A stretch of 64,000 nt of DNA from the human T2T-CHM13v2.0 reference genome, Homo sapiens (GCF_009914755.1 NC_060931.1), one strand, 5' to 3'; counted from the first letter of the stretch, positions 30,497 through 47,253 are shown. Notes: generated from the sequence alone by a model not told the origin. Numbers and translations are program-made.

Positions 30497-31358
30497 TGAC
30501 GCAGGATTTTTTCAGTGCTGCTTGGCCAGCTGGATATATCCACAGCTGGCAAAACACATACCTGAGCCTCACTCAGCCCTGGGCTCACAACAGGAGGCAC
30601 CCTGGCCATTCGATGAGCCAGGCCACACCTGGCTTGTACTCTAACTGGACCCCGTGTTCACCACAGGATCCACACTCAGCCCACAGCTGGGCCAGGCTGG
30701 GGGTGCCTTGACCTGCCTCCGCCCTGTGCGTTGGCATCCCAACAAGGGGAATGTGGTGGCACTTGAAAAGGGATGCCAGTGACCCTGAAGCCCCAAAGGG
30801 GATGCTATAGCCTTTTTCATGCCCACATTCGGTGGGTCTCAAGTTCTTGTTCCATGTCTAAGAAGAATGAGGTTATGCTACAGCCAAAGGGTGAGCACAG
30901 CAGAGAGTTTTACTGAGTGACAGCTCTCAGCAGAGAGCGGACCCAGAGAAGGCAGCCCCCTACCTGAAGTTGGGTAGCTCCCCTGACCTGAAGGCAGGCA
31001 GTCCCCACCAAGTGTGGCTGAGTCCAGGACTTTTCTGGGCTCAGAATCGGGGAGTGCATGCTGATTGGTTTATGAGTATGCAAGAAAGGCTAAAACAAAG
31101 GCACCACTCAAAGGTAGGTAAGAAACACAGTGCAAGAAACCACCTAGGGAAGAGTAGGTATATGTAAAATAGGTGGAAGGTGGGGATTAATCAGAGGAAA
31201 GCATGCCAAACGAAAAGAGAGGTTCTCAATTTGGTCCATGGATTTATCCAAGACTTGTAGCTTGGATTTCAGGCTTTGAACTGTCTTTGGTTTGAAGGGG
31301 GGTTTCACTGGGGACCCGCCCCATCGGCCTAGGCATTTGACTGCCTCTGCCACTATCA
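30497..31358 (-). mobile_element. ERV1 solo LTR (MER52/LTR27-like)
   Basis: tgacgcaggattttt...ctgcctctgccactatca termini; 4-bp TSD gcag/gcaa. Confidence 0.75.
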
Positions 31359-31699
31359 GCAAAGTGAGGTGGACCTCACCTGAAGGGCACTGGAGTTGAG
31401 GAAATCAAGCATCTGGAGCAACAGGTTATTGGACTCATAACTTGAGGGCACAGTGAGTTGCCCAAAGTTCTACATGAACAACCATGTAGAGAAAGCCAGT
31501 GATCCAAGTACTAAATGCACCAATTCAAGACGGGGGGTGTGGGGCATTGGAAGGTGTTGAGTAGATGGCTGCAGTGGATAAGAGAAAAGGTTTGATTTTT
31601 TAGTCTGAGGTTTTTGAAGGTGAAATAGCTTGGAAGTGGCATTGAGGAGCAAGTTGATCTCCATGTCTTGAGGTACCTAGGTTGTTGAAGACAAAGCAG

Positions 31700-33180
<1,481 letters not shown>

Positions 33181-34190
33181 TACAAATAGAAAATATATAT
33201 GTATAATATTGCATTTATGAAAAGATGTTCAATCTCAGCAAGCCACTAAACATTTTGAAATTAAAATAACACATTGCTCAATGTAGTGCTTGGCACAAAG
33301 TGACTTCTCAATGAATATTTATTGTATACATGAAAAACAATTTTTCATTTACGAATTGGCAAAACTTTTTAAGTATAAATGTACAGTATTAGCAAGGGCT
33401 CAGAGAAATGGCACTCTTCACACTTCTGGAGAGACCGTGTGTTTTTTTTCAGGAAATTTGTCTCAAAAGTCTCAGAAATGCCCATATATTTTGAGCAATT
33501 ACTTTCATATCTAAATTTTCAATTTAAGAATTTGACTAAGGATGTGCACAAAGTTGTAACTACTGCATCTTTGATGTAACCAGATGAAACCTTTAGAAAC
33601 CAGTTGGTGTCTTGGTGTGTCCATTTGCTTGTTTTGTCTGTCACTCTAGATGGGTTGAGGGTTAATAAAAAGGATTTTTGTCATGTGACACAGAAATGTT
33701 TTCCAGGCCTTTGTCCTAAGAGAGGTCAATGTTTCACAACCCTGACTTGAGTTCACTAGTCTGGGGTGGGGCCTAGGAAGGATATTTTTAAAGTTCCTTA
33801 CAGAGTTCTCAAAGTAGTCTACTGAGAAGCATTGACCTGGATTTTCCTCACCCACAGCAAGAAGGGTTGTTCCTCACACTGCAGTTTTCTGAGAGGAGCC
33901 CCCCAGTGACCTTGCCTGCGATGGGCATGGCTATGTGGGAACGGAAGGGGCTACATCCTAAGCCCCCCTGACTTGACAGGAGCAACCAAGAATCCTGGGC
34001 CAGATCATCAGTCATTAGGGGAAAGCCTCATGCACTCTTCGCTTATAGAACAAGCCTCTTTTCCATAAAGCAATATTATTTGAAGGGGAACTTTTTTCAG
34101 ACTCCATCCAAATTGCCACCACATCCAAAATCTAGTACCTAAATTAGTTAGACTTTCTGTGCATATTTTAGAATATTGCCTGTCACATGG

Positions 34191-34530
34191 TGTTACGAAC
34201 TGAATCTGTACCCCCAACATTCACATGTTGAAATCCTACCCCCTAATGTGTTGGTAGAGATGACTCTCTTTGAAAGGTAATTAGATCATGAACCTGGAGC
34301 CCTCACGAATGGAATGGGATTCGTGCCCTTACAGCTCTCTTGATCTGTTTTCCCCATGTGAGGACACAGTGAGAAGATGGCCATATGGAAACCAGGAAGA
34401 AGGCACCGAATCAGCTGGAACCTTGATCTTGGTCTTCCCAGCCTCCAGAACTGTGATAAATACATATTTTTCTTTAGGACCTCCAGTTTATGGTATATTT
34501 GTTATAGCAGCCTGAATGGACTAAGATACA
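34191..34530 (+). mobile_element. MLT1A-like solo LTR
   Basis: tgttacgaactgaatctgtacccc...gttatagcagcctgaatggactaagataca. Confidence 0.85.
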
Positions 34531-35397
34531 TTGTAAAGTTCACTTTCCTCTACTATAAAATGGGTGGGGAATAAAATGGGATAACAAATTGCAAAGTACC
34601 TTATCCATATTAGCTGGCAACATTTTTCAGGTTAGAAGAAGAGTATGAAATCAAGCTACACAGTTACTCCTCCCCTTGCCTTCTTTTCCCCATTGCTACA
34701 CCTGCCTTGCTTCATTTTGCAGCCTGATCTTGCCTGCAGAGATGTAAGGCAGGGCTTTGCACAACCTGCAGAGGTTGCAGGATGAATGCCAGGATGGGGA
34801 GCCTGAGTCAGCTCCTCCTTTGGATCTTCCCCTGGCCTCTCCCACCATTACCACTTCTCCCCCAAGGACATGCAGGGGTCAATTACAAGAGCACGGTGAC
34901 TCATTGGCAGGAAAAACATGGACACTCTGAATTAGAACAAACATCTCTGCCTGTGGTCATTTGCTCTCCCTCAGGCTTCTGAGAGGGATCTGGAGACAGC
35001 TTCAGGTGGGCTATTCTGGGCTCTACAGAGCCCTGGGGTGGCAGACAGGCCAGGCTGCCCAGGCACTGGGCACACTATCTTCCGGACCAATTGCTGGCTC
35101 TGGGTTCACCTTTCCTTGCCATCAGATGACCAGAGAAAAGATCAAGGCAGAACAGATGTTGGACCTTCCTAGAGCCTCTGTCTAAAATCAAAGGGGACTT
35201 CCTCTTACTGACCCCATCTATCTCAGTAAGAGAAGGAGCAGCTCCTCTCTTGTTCCCAAACATCAGTATTTTGGCTAGAAAAACACCAATTTATATTCAG
35301 TAATCCAGGCCTTTTAAGTGACAATTTAACCTTTCCACGTTCAAGGATGGATTTTTTTTGTTTCATTTATAAAAATTCATTATTGAATAGAAAGAGG

Positions 35398-35876
35398 GTA
35401 TATTAATTTCCGGTTACTGCTATAACATTAGCACCCACTTAGAGGCTTTGAAGGACACAAGTGCATTGTCTCACAATTCTAGAGGCCAGAAGTCAGACAT
35501 TGATCATCCTGGGCTAAAATCAAGGCGTCAGCAGGACTGTGTCCTCCTGGAGGCTCTAGGAAAGAATCTTTCTCTGCTTTTTCCAGCTCCTTGTGGTCCC
35601 TTTCCCCATTTTCAAAGCCAGCGGTGGAGCATCTTCAAACCTCTCTCTCATTTTGACCTCCTCTTCTGCTTCCCTCTCCCACCTTAAAGGACCCTAACAA
35701 TTACATTAGACTTGCTTCAGTAATCCAAAATAATTTCCCAATCATAAGGTCAGTTGATTAGCCACTTAATTCTTTCTGCGACCTTCATTCCCCCTTGCCA
35801 TGTCACATGATATATCACAGGTTCAGGGGATTCGGATATAGAGATTGTTGTGGGGGTCATCATTCTACCTACCACA
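35398..35876 (-). mobile_element. MLT1C/D-like solo LTR
   Basis: tctcacaattctagaggccagaagtc...ggctaaaatcaaggcgtcagcagg...cattctacctaccaca. Confidence 0.82.
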
Positions 35877-36415
35877 GGGATTATACAACATTTTGGTTTG
35901 GCTGCTAAGCAAATGATGACCCTGCCTACCTACCTACAGATGAGCCTTCAAACTTCAAAAGAGGGCCTCAGGCCCCAGACAAGGAGCAAGACTTCCCAAC
36001 ACTATCAGGGCACTTTCTGGTGACAATAGTCAGAGTAGTTAGGAATCAGCGTTGATGATATTTAGGTGACTAAGGTAGCATGATCAGAGCCCAGGTAAGT
36101 ATTTTGTCCTTGGACAAAAAGTAGGTCTGTGTCTACTTAAAGCAGTCCGGAAGGAGGAGGCCAGAGCTTGAGTTCTGAGGCCATCTGAGCATCAAAGTTA
36201 GAAAAACAAAGTTCAAACACAAAATCCATGTGGCAAAAGTAGGGCTGACACTGTGAGACCAAATCCCTGGCAAAAGCCAAGAGCAATGAGAGTGAAACTG
36301 GAATTTAGCATCCAAAACTGAGCCCACTGAGCTAACGCACTGCTGTGTGCCCTATTTGCCATCTGCCCTTATGGTGTTGGGCAGGTCAGCCTGGCTTAAG
36401 GATACAGGGTTTGGC

Positions 36416-36463
36416 TGACATCATTTTTCTCAGAGATGACATCATTTTTCTCAGAGATGACAT
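36416..36463 (+). repeat. Perfect 21-bp tandem duplication (tgacatcatttttctcagaga x2.3)
   Basis: Direct observation. Confidence 0.95.
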
Positions 36464-38468
36464 TAGAACTACATTATTCTTTTGATTCACTTTTGTTGTC
36501 TCCCCAAAATTAAAGAAGCTCAGCGGTTAGAAGATGACCATGCCTATTAGTAATCCTGATGTGGAAGTGGCATTTGGACCTCCTGGCTGGACTCTCTTCC
36601 CCACCAGCTCCAGCATCTTTGCAGGTTACTGAAGTGTTTACAAGCTGAAGAGAAATAAAATAAAAACCTGGCATCTTAATGCATGCCACTCACACCTTTT
36701 CAAACAAGTTCATATTTCATGGAGTCCCCCTTCATCCAGGTATCATAGTGCATTTTCTTCGCTGCAATAACGGAATTACATCAGTGTAGGAAACAGAATA
36801 CTATCAGAGTGTTACAGGAAAACCTCCATTTTTTTCCACTGTGGCTCAGAGAAAAGAGGGTTAGCATTCAGTCTCTGACTAATGTGCTTGCTAGATTTGA
36901 GGAGCAACACAAACCTCAGCTGATTTTGTGGTAAAGTGTTATCTAAGTCCATGTCTTTTTTATTGAGGATACAAAGAGCTCTAATATTTAGCCATAATTT
37001 CTAAGATGATACAAGCAAGGGAAAATTGAATGGAAGGAAAGCAAACCCAAATAAATAAACGGTATTGCATACCAGATATGAGCCTGTGTGTTTCACATGC
37101 TTTTTCATGCACCCTTCACACTAATCCTAGGAGATGGTGATTATTCTACCCATTTTAAGTGAGCACCTGAGGCTCACACAGAGTATAAATGACTTGCCCA
37201 AGGTGATTTTTAAAGCACATGCCTACAGGCTTAAAATTTCTTTACATTTTAGCTAGTAAGGGGTAAGACTAAAATACACACTTAAATCTCTCTGATCCCC
37301 CATAACTTTTCCTCTATTACATAATTCTCCTAAATATTATTGTTACTTTGTTAGTTTTCTAACCAGAGTCCACAGCAAAATTCTGAATATCCTCAATGGT
37401 GGCTTTAGTGCAAATACAAGAGACGTGTTAAAATTACTGGTGGACTTCCAGAAGGGTAGGGTTTGGCTGGTAGTGAGAGGAAACGTGGCTCTGAGAAAGA
37501 GCATTGGGGAAATGGGGGAGATTAGGGGTCCTGGTGGGAGAGGGAGAAAGGGGAGCTGTCTGGAACAGTAGAAGGAGGATTGAACTTGACTCCGGATTCG
37601 ATGAGGCATCAGGGACTAAAACAAAAGAATCAATGAAATGGCTTTATACCTTTTATATTCTGATGCAGCAGTTGACATCCTGGAAATGTATCTATCCTAA
37701 GGGATAATTTAGCAAATATATAAGCACACACATATACACAAAAATGTTCATTGCAACATATATTTATAAAGATTTAGAAATGTCATACAAGTCCAAGAGT
37801 ATAGACATAAATTAGCAAATCTTTATACTTTTCCATCATGCCATGTTCTATTTTAAATGTATAATTTGTATGTATTTAAATAAAGAAAAATGCTTATAAG
37901 ATTCACTTTTAAAAATCAGAAAATAGAGAAGCAGGGAAAAATCTTCACAAAACATATACGAAAGATAGTGTCTTGGGCTGTGGAAAGAACAGGCTTCTGC
38001 TGCTGTGAGTCCCTCCTTACCGGCAGAGAGAGACTGATCCCCTGAACCAGCGTCCACAACACAGCACATATCTCCCAGCCCCTAAGACGGGCAGGCCTGG
38101 AAACTTGGCCCAGCATTCCTGAGCTTCCAGCAGAGGAAGACCAGCCACCACCCCCTCTTCCCAGCCACTATACCTCAGGCTCCTGCCTTCTCCAGCTCAG
38201 AAAGTAAGGCCACAGCCCACTCAGTTGCTCAGCCTGAAAGCCTCCAAGTCATCCTTGATTCCCCTCATAGCTCACATGCAATCCATCAGCAAATGCTGTT
38301 AGCCCCACCTCTGCAATACATCCCAAACCTAACCCCTTCTCATGGTCCCCACTTCTCACACTTGCACCACTGCAATGGCCTCTGGACATATCTGTCTGCC
38401 GTTCTGGCCCCCTCCCCCTCCAACCATCCACTCTCACCACAGCTAGAGTGAGCTTTACACAAAAGAAT

Positions 38469-38791
<323 letters not shown>

Positions 38792-39769
38792 TTAAAGTAA
38801 CACTGTCCAATGGAGTAATGGCATATAGGAAACACTCAAGAAATATGTATCGCAGACATGAAAAACTACATGTTCATCTACCAAATGGAGAAAGATTTTT
38901 AAACTGAAAATTTCCAGAATTGAAAGGGCCCAAATAATCACAACCTTTTTCACTTCTAGTGAAATTGTGACTTTTTTTTTAAGTCTCAAAATATCCTGTA
39001 ACTTCAAATCTAAAATTTTAACCTAAGGATTTAATTAAGGAAATAAGCAAAATGGTATCTTCTGCATCTTTTCGACAACAGGCTTAGACATTGAGAAATG
39101 AAGAAATTAGTGCCTTGTTTGCTCATTTCTTTATCCTTTCTGGCTGCCTTTGGGAGGAGAAGAAGGACATGTGTTTTCTCCCAGGAGGCCTTTGTCCTAG
39201 GACACTTGATGTGAATCCTGGCTGCATTTAAAATAATCTAGAAAGTTGAAATACATACCTATTACCAGGCTCTATCCCCAGAGATTCCAATTTCATTTGG
39301 CCTACGGTGGGGCCCAGACAGGTTATTTTTTTAAGTCTCTGGGGGATTCTCACAGCAGCCAGGCTGAGAGGGACAGGCCTGGGGGCCCTTCCTCCTCCAG
39401 GAAACAGGGCTCCTCCCTTCTCCATATTGTAGGTCTCTGACAGGAGCCTCCCAGAGGTGACCAGACCCCAGATGGACACAGCTGCATGGGAACCTAAAAA
39501 AGGCTGGAACCTAAGCCCTCTACCTTGAGAACAGCCATGAGGAGTCCTGTGGCCAGGCCAGCAGTTGACAGGGAATGTCCCTACAATTAGCTTGCTGTGA
39601 GCTTACTTAAACAACAGTGCCAAAACATAGGCCGAGTACCTGGGCTCCACCCGCAGTAGTGGAGGTGGTGCCTAAAGAATGCTCATGATCCCAGGCCTCT
39701 CCCAGCCATGTTCTTGAGCTCATAAGATTCCAGGTCCCAGATTAATTCAAAGATGATTGATGAAGTCAC

Positions 39770-40215
39770 AAAAGTCACTCATTCACTCAGCAAATATTTA
39801 TTGAGCATCTACTTTGTACCAGGCACTGATCTAAACACTGGAGATACATCAGCAAATAAAAGACCACAGTGACATCACTAGCAGGGAGAGCCATGGATTA
39901 AGCACTAAATGTAATCTGCAAGTAAAACATACAGTCTCCTAGATGGTGATGGGGACTCGGGTAAATAGAGAAATGTAGGGGTGGGTGTGTGCGGAGGAAA
40001 GCTCAGGGAAATAAGAGTAGGTCCTGAACCCTGAGGTGGGAGCCTGCCAAAGGTGTTCAGGAACCAGCAGGAGGGTAGGGTGGCTGGAGAGGAGGGGCTG
40101 AGGAGAGGGCATGATTGGGGGTAGGTCAGAGAGGTGCATAGGGGAGCTTTGGCTTTTACTCCACGTGGAATGGAAGCCACTGCGAGGTGTTGAGCACGAG
40201 AGGAAGGAACCAGAT
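39770..40215 (-). mobile_element. L2 3' end fragment
   Basis: cactcattcactcagcaaatatttattgagcatctactttgtaccaggcact is the antisense L2 terminus. Confidence 0.8.
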
Positions 40216-40221
40216 GAGAAT

Positions 40222-41290
40222 ATTGCCAAACAGAACTTGGGCCCAGCTACCTGGCACAGCAAAGCCAAACACTGATATCAGGATTTACGGCAAGAAAAAG
40301 TGAGGCATTTATTGCAAAGCGCCAAGCAAGGAGAATTGGGCAGCTCATGCTTAACACCAGAACTCCCCACTGGCTGACAGATAAGGGTTTTTCTAAGGCA
40401 GTGATATAGTTTGTATATTTCTCCCTGCCCAAATCTCATGTTGAATTATAATCCCAGGTATTGGAGGTGGGGCCTGGTGGGAGGTGACTGGATTGTAGGG
40501 GTAGATTTCTCATGAATGGCTTGGGCCATCCCCTTGGTGCTGAGTGAGCTCTCGCCCTGAGTTCACATGAGATCTGGTTCTTTAATGGTGTGTGGCACCT
40601 ACCCCCACCAATCCCTCTCTCTCAATCTCTCTCTCTCTCTCCTGCTTTTGCCATGTGAGGTACCTGCCCCCCTTTCACATTCCACCATGACTGTAAGCTT
40701 CCTGAGGCCACCTGAGAAGCCAAGCAGATGCCAGCATCATGCTTCCTGCACAGCCTGCAGAACTGTGAACCAATTAAACCTCTTTTCTTTATAAATTACC
40801 AGTCACAGGTATTACTTTATAGCAATGCAAGAACTGCCTAATATAGACAGGAAGGCAGAGGTTACAGGCAAAGTCATCAATCAACAAAATGAAGCTATAC
40901 ATTGGCTTGGCCTAAAAAAGGCAGGACATCTTGAAACGGGGTTGGGAGGACTAAAGGTCATAGGTGAATTCAAAGATTTCCTGACTTGTGATTGATTAAG
41001 CTTTGTTTAAAAACTTGGGGTCAGTCAAAAGGAATGTTGAGCTCTGGCCTGTGGGCATGACTTCCTCTGGGCACCTCAGGAAGAAATTTAGAATAAGTGG
41101 CAGGCAGAGTTCAGTCCTTGTTCCCCCTTATCTGAGGTCTACAGGCCGGCAGATGGCATTTTCCATTTGCTGGGGGTCCAGGTTTATAAAAAACAACTCA
41201 AAGACATATGTGAAGATGTTACCTTTAGTTTCTATAGGGAACGAAAGAGTTTGTAGCTCTAGCTTCCTTGGCTGTTGTTTAAAATTACTA
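40222..41290 (-). mobile_element. ERV1 LTR (MER34/MER39-like) interrupted by an MST LTR
   Basis: gcgccaagcaaggagaattgggcagctcatgcttaa...aaggcag, then after the MST gaaggcagaggttacaggcaaagtc resumes. Confidence 0.65.
40402..40845 (+). mobile_element. MSTB-like MaLR solo LTR
   Basis: tgatatagtttg...caaatctcatgttgaattataatccc...gcctaatata; TSD ggcag/gacag. Confidence 0.88.
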
Positions 41291-41292
41291 TT

Positions 41293-41883
<591 letters not shown>

Positions 41884-44800
41884 CAAGTCTTTATTGTAAA
41901 CCATTACTGGCTGCCTGAATTCTAAAATTCTTAGGACTTAAGAAGCAACAAGCCATGATTGACTAATCAGTTGAAAAAAAAAAAAAAAAACAGGTCAAGA
42001 TGGACCCATCCTGAGGCTCAATCCCAAATGCCAGTCTCCTTTCTGTACCCTCAAGTGCACCTGTCTGGCTTGAAAACAAATTCCCTCTATTTGGCCTCAA
42101 GCTAAGCTAACAGAGCAAACAATTCCTTCTACCCAGGCCTCTGCTTTGTTCCAGGGCTTGTGTTTTACTGGGGCCAGGGCCCTGGAGCCACCCTCAGGGA
42201 TGAGATTTCTCCTTCTCATGAAGGAAGCAGTGTTGAAAGCAAAGTATTTGATTCCTGTTCTTGAGGCCTAAACATTTAACTGTAAAGTATGTAAACTGTG
42301 TTCTGGAATTCTGGCTATGGTATGTATCAAGCTACATAAACAACATGCCATCTCGTCTCTCCACGTAACACAGAGGTACAGAGAGGCTGAGATAAAGAAA
42401 CACATAAATAGGTGGTTAGCTGTGATATTAAAATAAGGGAACCACTGGGAGAATTTCTGTGCTGCTGGAAATTAGAGCTGCCATTGTATAAAAGCTGCAT
42501 ACATTTTGACTTGATATCACCATCAGTTAAGCAGTGGTTATAATATTTTGTCCTGGAAATGTATAAAGTTAAGAGACTACTTGTTTTTCCAGGAGACAGC
42601 TTTCCGAAAAATGTTAAAGCAGATTTTCATAAATAAATTATTAGGCACACCTCTATTTTTTTCTATAGCAATGATCACTTTTTACCATAATAGATGTACT
42701 TATTTACTTATTTTTTGCACTTACTATTTATTGACTCTTTTATATAAATTTACATAATTTACTTATTTGGTGCATTTATTGATTATTGACTCTTTCCCTC
42801 TACTACAGTGTGTAGTTCTTTGAGGCAGATGGAGATCGGTGCATGTGGTGGGTGTTGCTGCTGCTGTGGTTGTTGGCCCAGGACACAGCTAAAAACTCAA
42901 CCCAGGTCTTCCTGGCTCCACATCTGGAGGTCTATTTTCTCCCCAACTCTAGCCGTGTAGGTGCAGGGCGCCAACCCTAATTCTTTATTACCCTAAAGGT
43001 GTTACAGGACTATTTAATTCACAAACAGGGAAGAGATTCTCCCTTTACCAAGCCTCTTCTATTGCAGTTCTCAGTTGCTGTGATGTTCTCCATGCAGACA
43101 TGGCCTGATCTACTATTTCAACCTTAACATTTCTCAACCACTAAGAAATTTTAGTTTAGTTTTGAATCCCAAGCACCCGGGACACTGGAATAGTGATCAT
43201 GGAGGAAAGGCAAGTTCTAACCTTTCTAATGAAGGAACAAGAAAACAAAAGCCCAAACCTTTATTGTAAATCATGACAGGGTGCCCAAATCGAACACAAA
43301 ATGTAATTTTACATTTTATGTAAAATTGGATGCTATTTTTGAATACCACTGGGTGCTTGGAATTCAAACATAAACCAAACCCCTGCATTAATTGCCCATA
43401 GAAATTGATCCTGTAATCAATATCCCTCTGAAAATTTACACTAGATCTCTAGCTTTATGTTTTGAATCAATCTCACATTGAACTCACAACGTGACACCAA
43501 TTTCTGGTGTTTGTCTTTAAGATAAGCAGGCATAGGGCCTATACTACACCAGGTCTCCAGAGTTTTTATTAAAAGTGTCTTATCTTACATGTACTGTAAG
43601 TGAACAGGTGCTCACATCCCATAGGGCACTGGGAAAAGGATCCTTGAGTGCAAAATGTCACAGGTTGCACAAATCCCATTGTCATTTCAAGGAGACTCCT
43701 CACTACATTCCTAACCAAAAAGCCAAATTGAATTATTATAGAATTCTGGAATGAACCTCCTAATCCTTTCACAAATCTCCGTCCATCTGCTTCCATCTGA
43801 CCACACTGGTATATGATCCACCCATGTGAAGACTCTTACTCAGACAAATCATTGGAGATTTTTAGTCAGAGTATAATTTATGTACCAAGTCAAAATATCT
43901 ATCTGGAAAATATTAGAAAAAGTCAATATAACGAAAAGCTTTCCCTTGTCTCTTTCTTGAAATTCTTCTCTAGCTTAACCTAATTTCCTAAGTCACTTAG
44001 AGGCCTTTAAACAAAATGAAATCTTAATGATGTCTCTGCCATGAATAATTAATTGTTGGTGTACAATCTTCTCAACAAAATCCATTCTCATTAGATTAGA
44101 GGTTTCCGCAAGATACATGAGTTCATTATGGACATTTTTACATCCTTCTTGTATCTTTCTTTCTTTGTCCATTTTATCTGTGCTGTGATCTGAGATTCCA
44201 TCACCCTGACAGCCTTCCAAAGAGAAGCAGTGGTCAGGCAATTAAAGACCTTTGAGAAGTGGTAATGTCTTCCTGCTTCAAAACATGGCAGCGTAACTGG
44301 AGAGGAAACAATGAACAGTGAAGGCTTGAACTGACCATGGTGGTTTGGTCTTTCAGTGGGAAAGAGGAGGATCTGGGGAAGACAGACTTACCTGTCCTCT
44401 TAGAAACTTCTACATCCATCAGTCTTCTGTCTCATGAGAAAGCCTTGAAGACCAGAAAGTCCTGGGAAGAAAGGAACATTGCACCAACCGAACCTCTTGT
44501 GTTTTCTTTTCAGATGCTGAAATGCAAGGTCATAGACACAATGGAGAAACTTTAGAGGCCATTTCCTGCTCATTGGACAAATAGCTGGCCACTGCCATGA
44601 GTTACAGGTCTAGCCACTGTGCTTCTATGAACTTTGTCCCCATCCCCTTCCCAATCCCTCCTTTTCATTCTTCCCTCCTCCATCCTCACATACAAATGTG
44701 TTAATTGTTCCAACTGTATTGCTGAACCAAGTCAGATTTATTAAATCTATGTTTGAATTTAAAAGCCTAATCTGGAAGAAGAAAAGAATCTCATATACAA

Positions 44801-45470
44801 CTTCAAACACGTTTGAATTTTTCCTCCTAGACATAAAGTATATACACTGGATTATGCCTAAATTACTGTATTTTAAAGTAATGATTCAAAGAACAGTTAG
44901 GCATAGGACAGGCTTTGCAGATGTCAGGCACAGAGTTCTTTGTTTCATACATTTTTTACATAGCTATAATCACCCAAGAGACACAATCCTGTATCCTGTT
45001 CTTGCTCATCTGTCATGTACATTTTTGAGGTTATAACATTGTTTCTACAAACATCAATTAGAAATATTGCATGGCACTCCATCGAGTCGATACACTCTAT
45101 TTCAATAAACCATGGTCTTTTCCTTCCATTTTTTAACTACTGTTAATAATGGTGCAATAAGCGTCCTTATGTAAAAAGCTTTTCTGATATTTAGGATTAT
45201 TTCCTTAGATTCAGCTCTTCTAAGTGGAACTGCTGGATAAAGGAGAATACTTAGGTTTTTGAGATATGCTGTGAAATAGCTTTTCCAAAACACTGTTCGA
45301 CTTTATGTTCCCACATATACTGTCAACTGGACCAAAGTGAAAAAGATCAATGAACTTGCAGTTTCAGGTGGTCACAATGTACATAAGAGACTGACTTTAA
45401 ATATTTATTATGAAATGTACAGTACATACAGAAAAGTATATAAAAATTATATGGTTTAAAGAATAATAAT

Positions 45471-45830
<360 letters not shown>

Positions 45831-47253
45831 TTAGCAGCCCCTCTTGTGCCTGCATTAGTGTATCACAGCAGCTACAGACAGATCTCAAAATGTCATTGAT
45901 GTAAAACACACACACACATACATTGATGTCCCTCTCACATCACGGTCCATGCAGGCTCAGGAGCTGTCCTTGTCACCTCCAACAGTAATTTAAGACCCTG
46001 GCTCTGGCCCCATTGAAACACAAGCTCTGGAACAAATTTAGGACTGTTAAGAGTCTTAACAGTAATTTAAGACTCATCATTTCACCACCTTGGAATTTTT
46101 GCTTTTAGTTAAGTAGAATAAATAAGAGAGGACACAGAGAACTTACATCTGCTTTTAACTGCCTTTCTCAAGGAGTGACACATCTCTGCCTTCTTTGGTA
46201 AGAGCTGCCACACGGCCTCTACTTAACTCTAAAGGGGGTTGGAAATGTGGCCTCCTTTATGTCTGAACAATACTGTCCATCACACATTGCCTCTGCCACA
46301 GTGTCCTTATCCCCGACAGATAACCCCTTCCTGCCTTCTGTGTTAGTCACTCCCTTGCTTTTCTTTAAATAGCGTTGTAAAAATTGCCTAGGAAGCACAA
46401 GTCTGTGTAAGAGAAGGAAAATATCAACGCTATTCTACAAGGGTTCCCAACAGAAGAGAAGGTGGAAAAATGGGCATCACAGGCTGGCTTCCGCTTCCCT
46501 GAGAATCTATGAGAGCCCTTTCTAGGGATGTCTGCAGGCAAGGTTATGGCTAAGTCATGGAAACCATAAATTAACACATCTGGAGCATCAGACAGAACTA
46601 TAATTTGAACCACCTACTAGACACCTGTCAGAAAGAGCTTCGGAGGGAGGAGGCTGCTCGGCATTTTCTTCTAAATTCACAGCGCTCCTCTGTCAGCCCT
46701 CAGGGGGAGTTCAGAGCTAACCCAAGCATCAAGGGGAGAGCAGTAGCTTTAATAGCACTGAGCCAAGAGAAGAAACAGGACCAGCCTCCCCCAGGCATTC
46801 TTCCTCGGGTCTCACAGACAGTACTAAGACAGCAGGGATCTTGCGATGATGGCCCTCAACTCACAGAGGCTGCCTTCCAGCTCCACTGTTGGCCACCAGC
46901 CTGGGAGCTCCCTTCATCATCAGCCTATGGGTTTCCTTCACCTCTCTCCTGCTTTGAATCTCCAGATTCCAGTGCCCCCAGCTCTTTATTCCTTGGTTTA
47001 CTCTTTATCATTTGTTATTCTTTGAACATAGGGAGCTTTCATTATTTTAAAGTTGTAACTCATAACTCCAATGTCTGGAGTCCTGACGGCCTTTTCTATT
47101 GTCATTCTTTCTGCCAGAAACATACCGTCCAGCAGCTTCTTAAGAAATGGTGCGTGACAGGTACGTTTTTTGAGAAAATACATAGGCATTTTTGAGTTTG
47201 CAACATGTTTTTTACAACCATCATAGAATGGCAGCATGACATTCCATTGAGTG

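Noticed and set aside
43569-44241. Two protein-looking minus-strand ORFs (75 and 82 aa)
   Set aside because: No recognisable family or convincing splice boundaries; a BLASTP or PhyloCSF hit would be needed.
46605-47195. Longest ORF in the track (196 aa)
   Set aside because: TTG start, no recognisable domain, spans degenerate LTR/L1-like sequence; consistent with chance.
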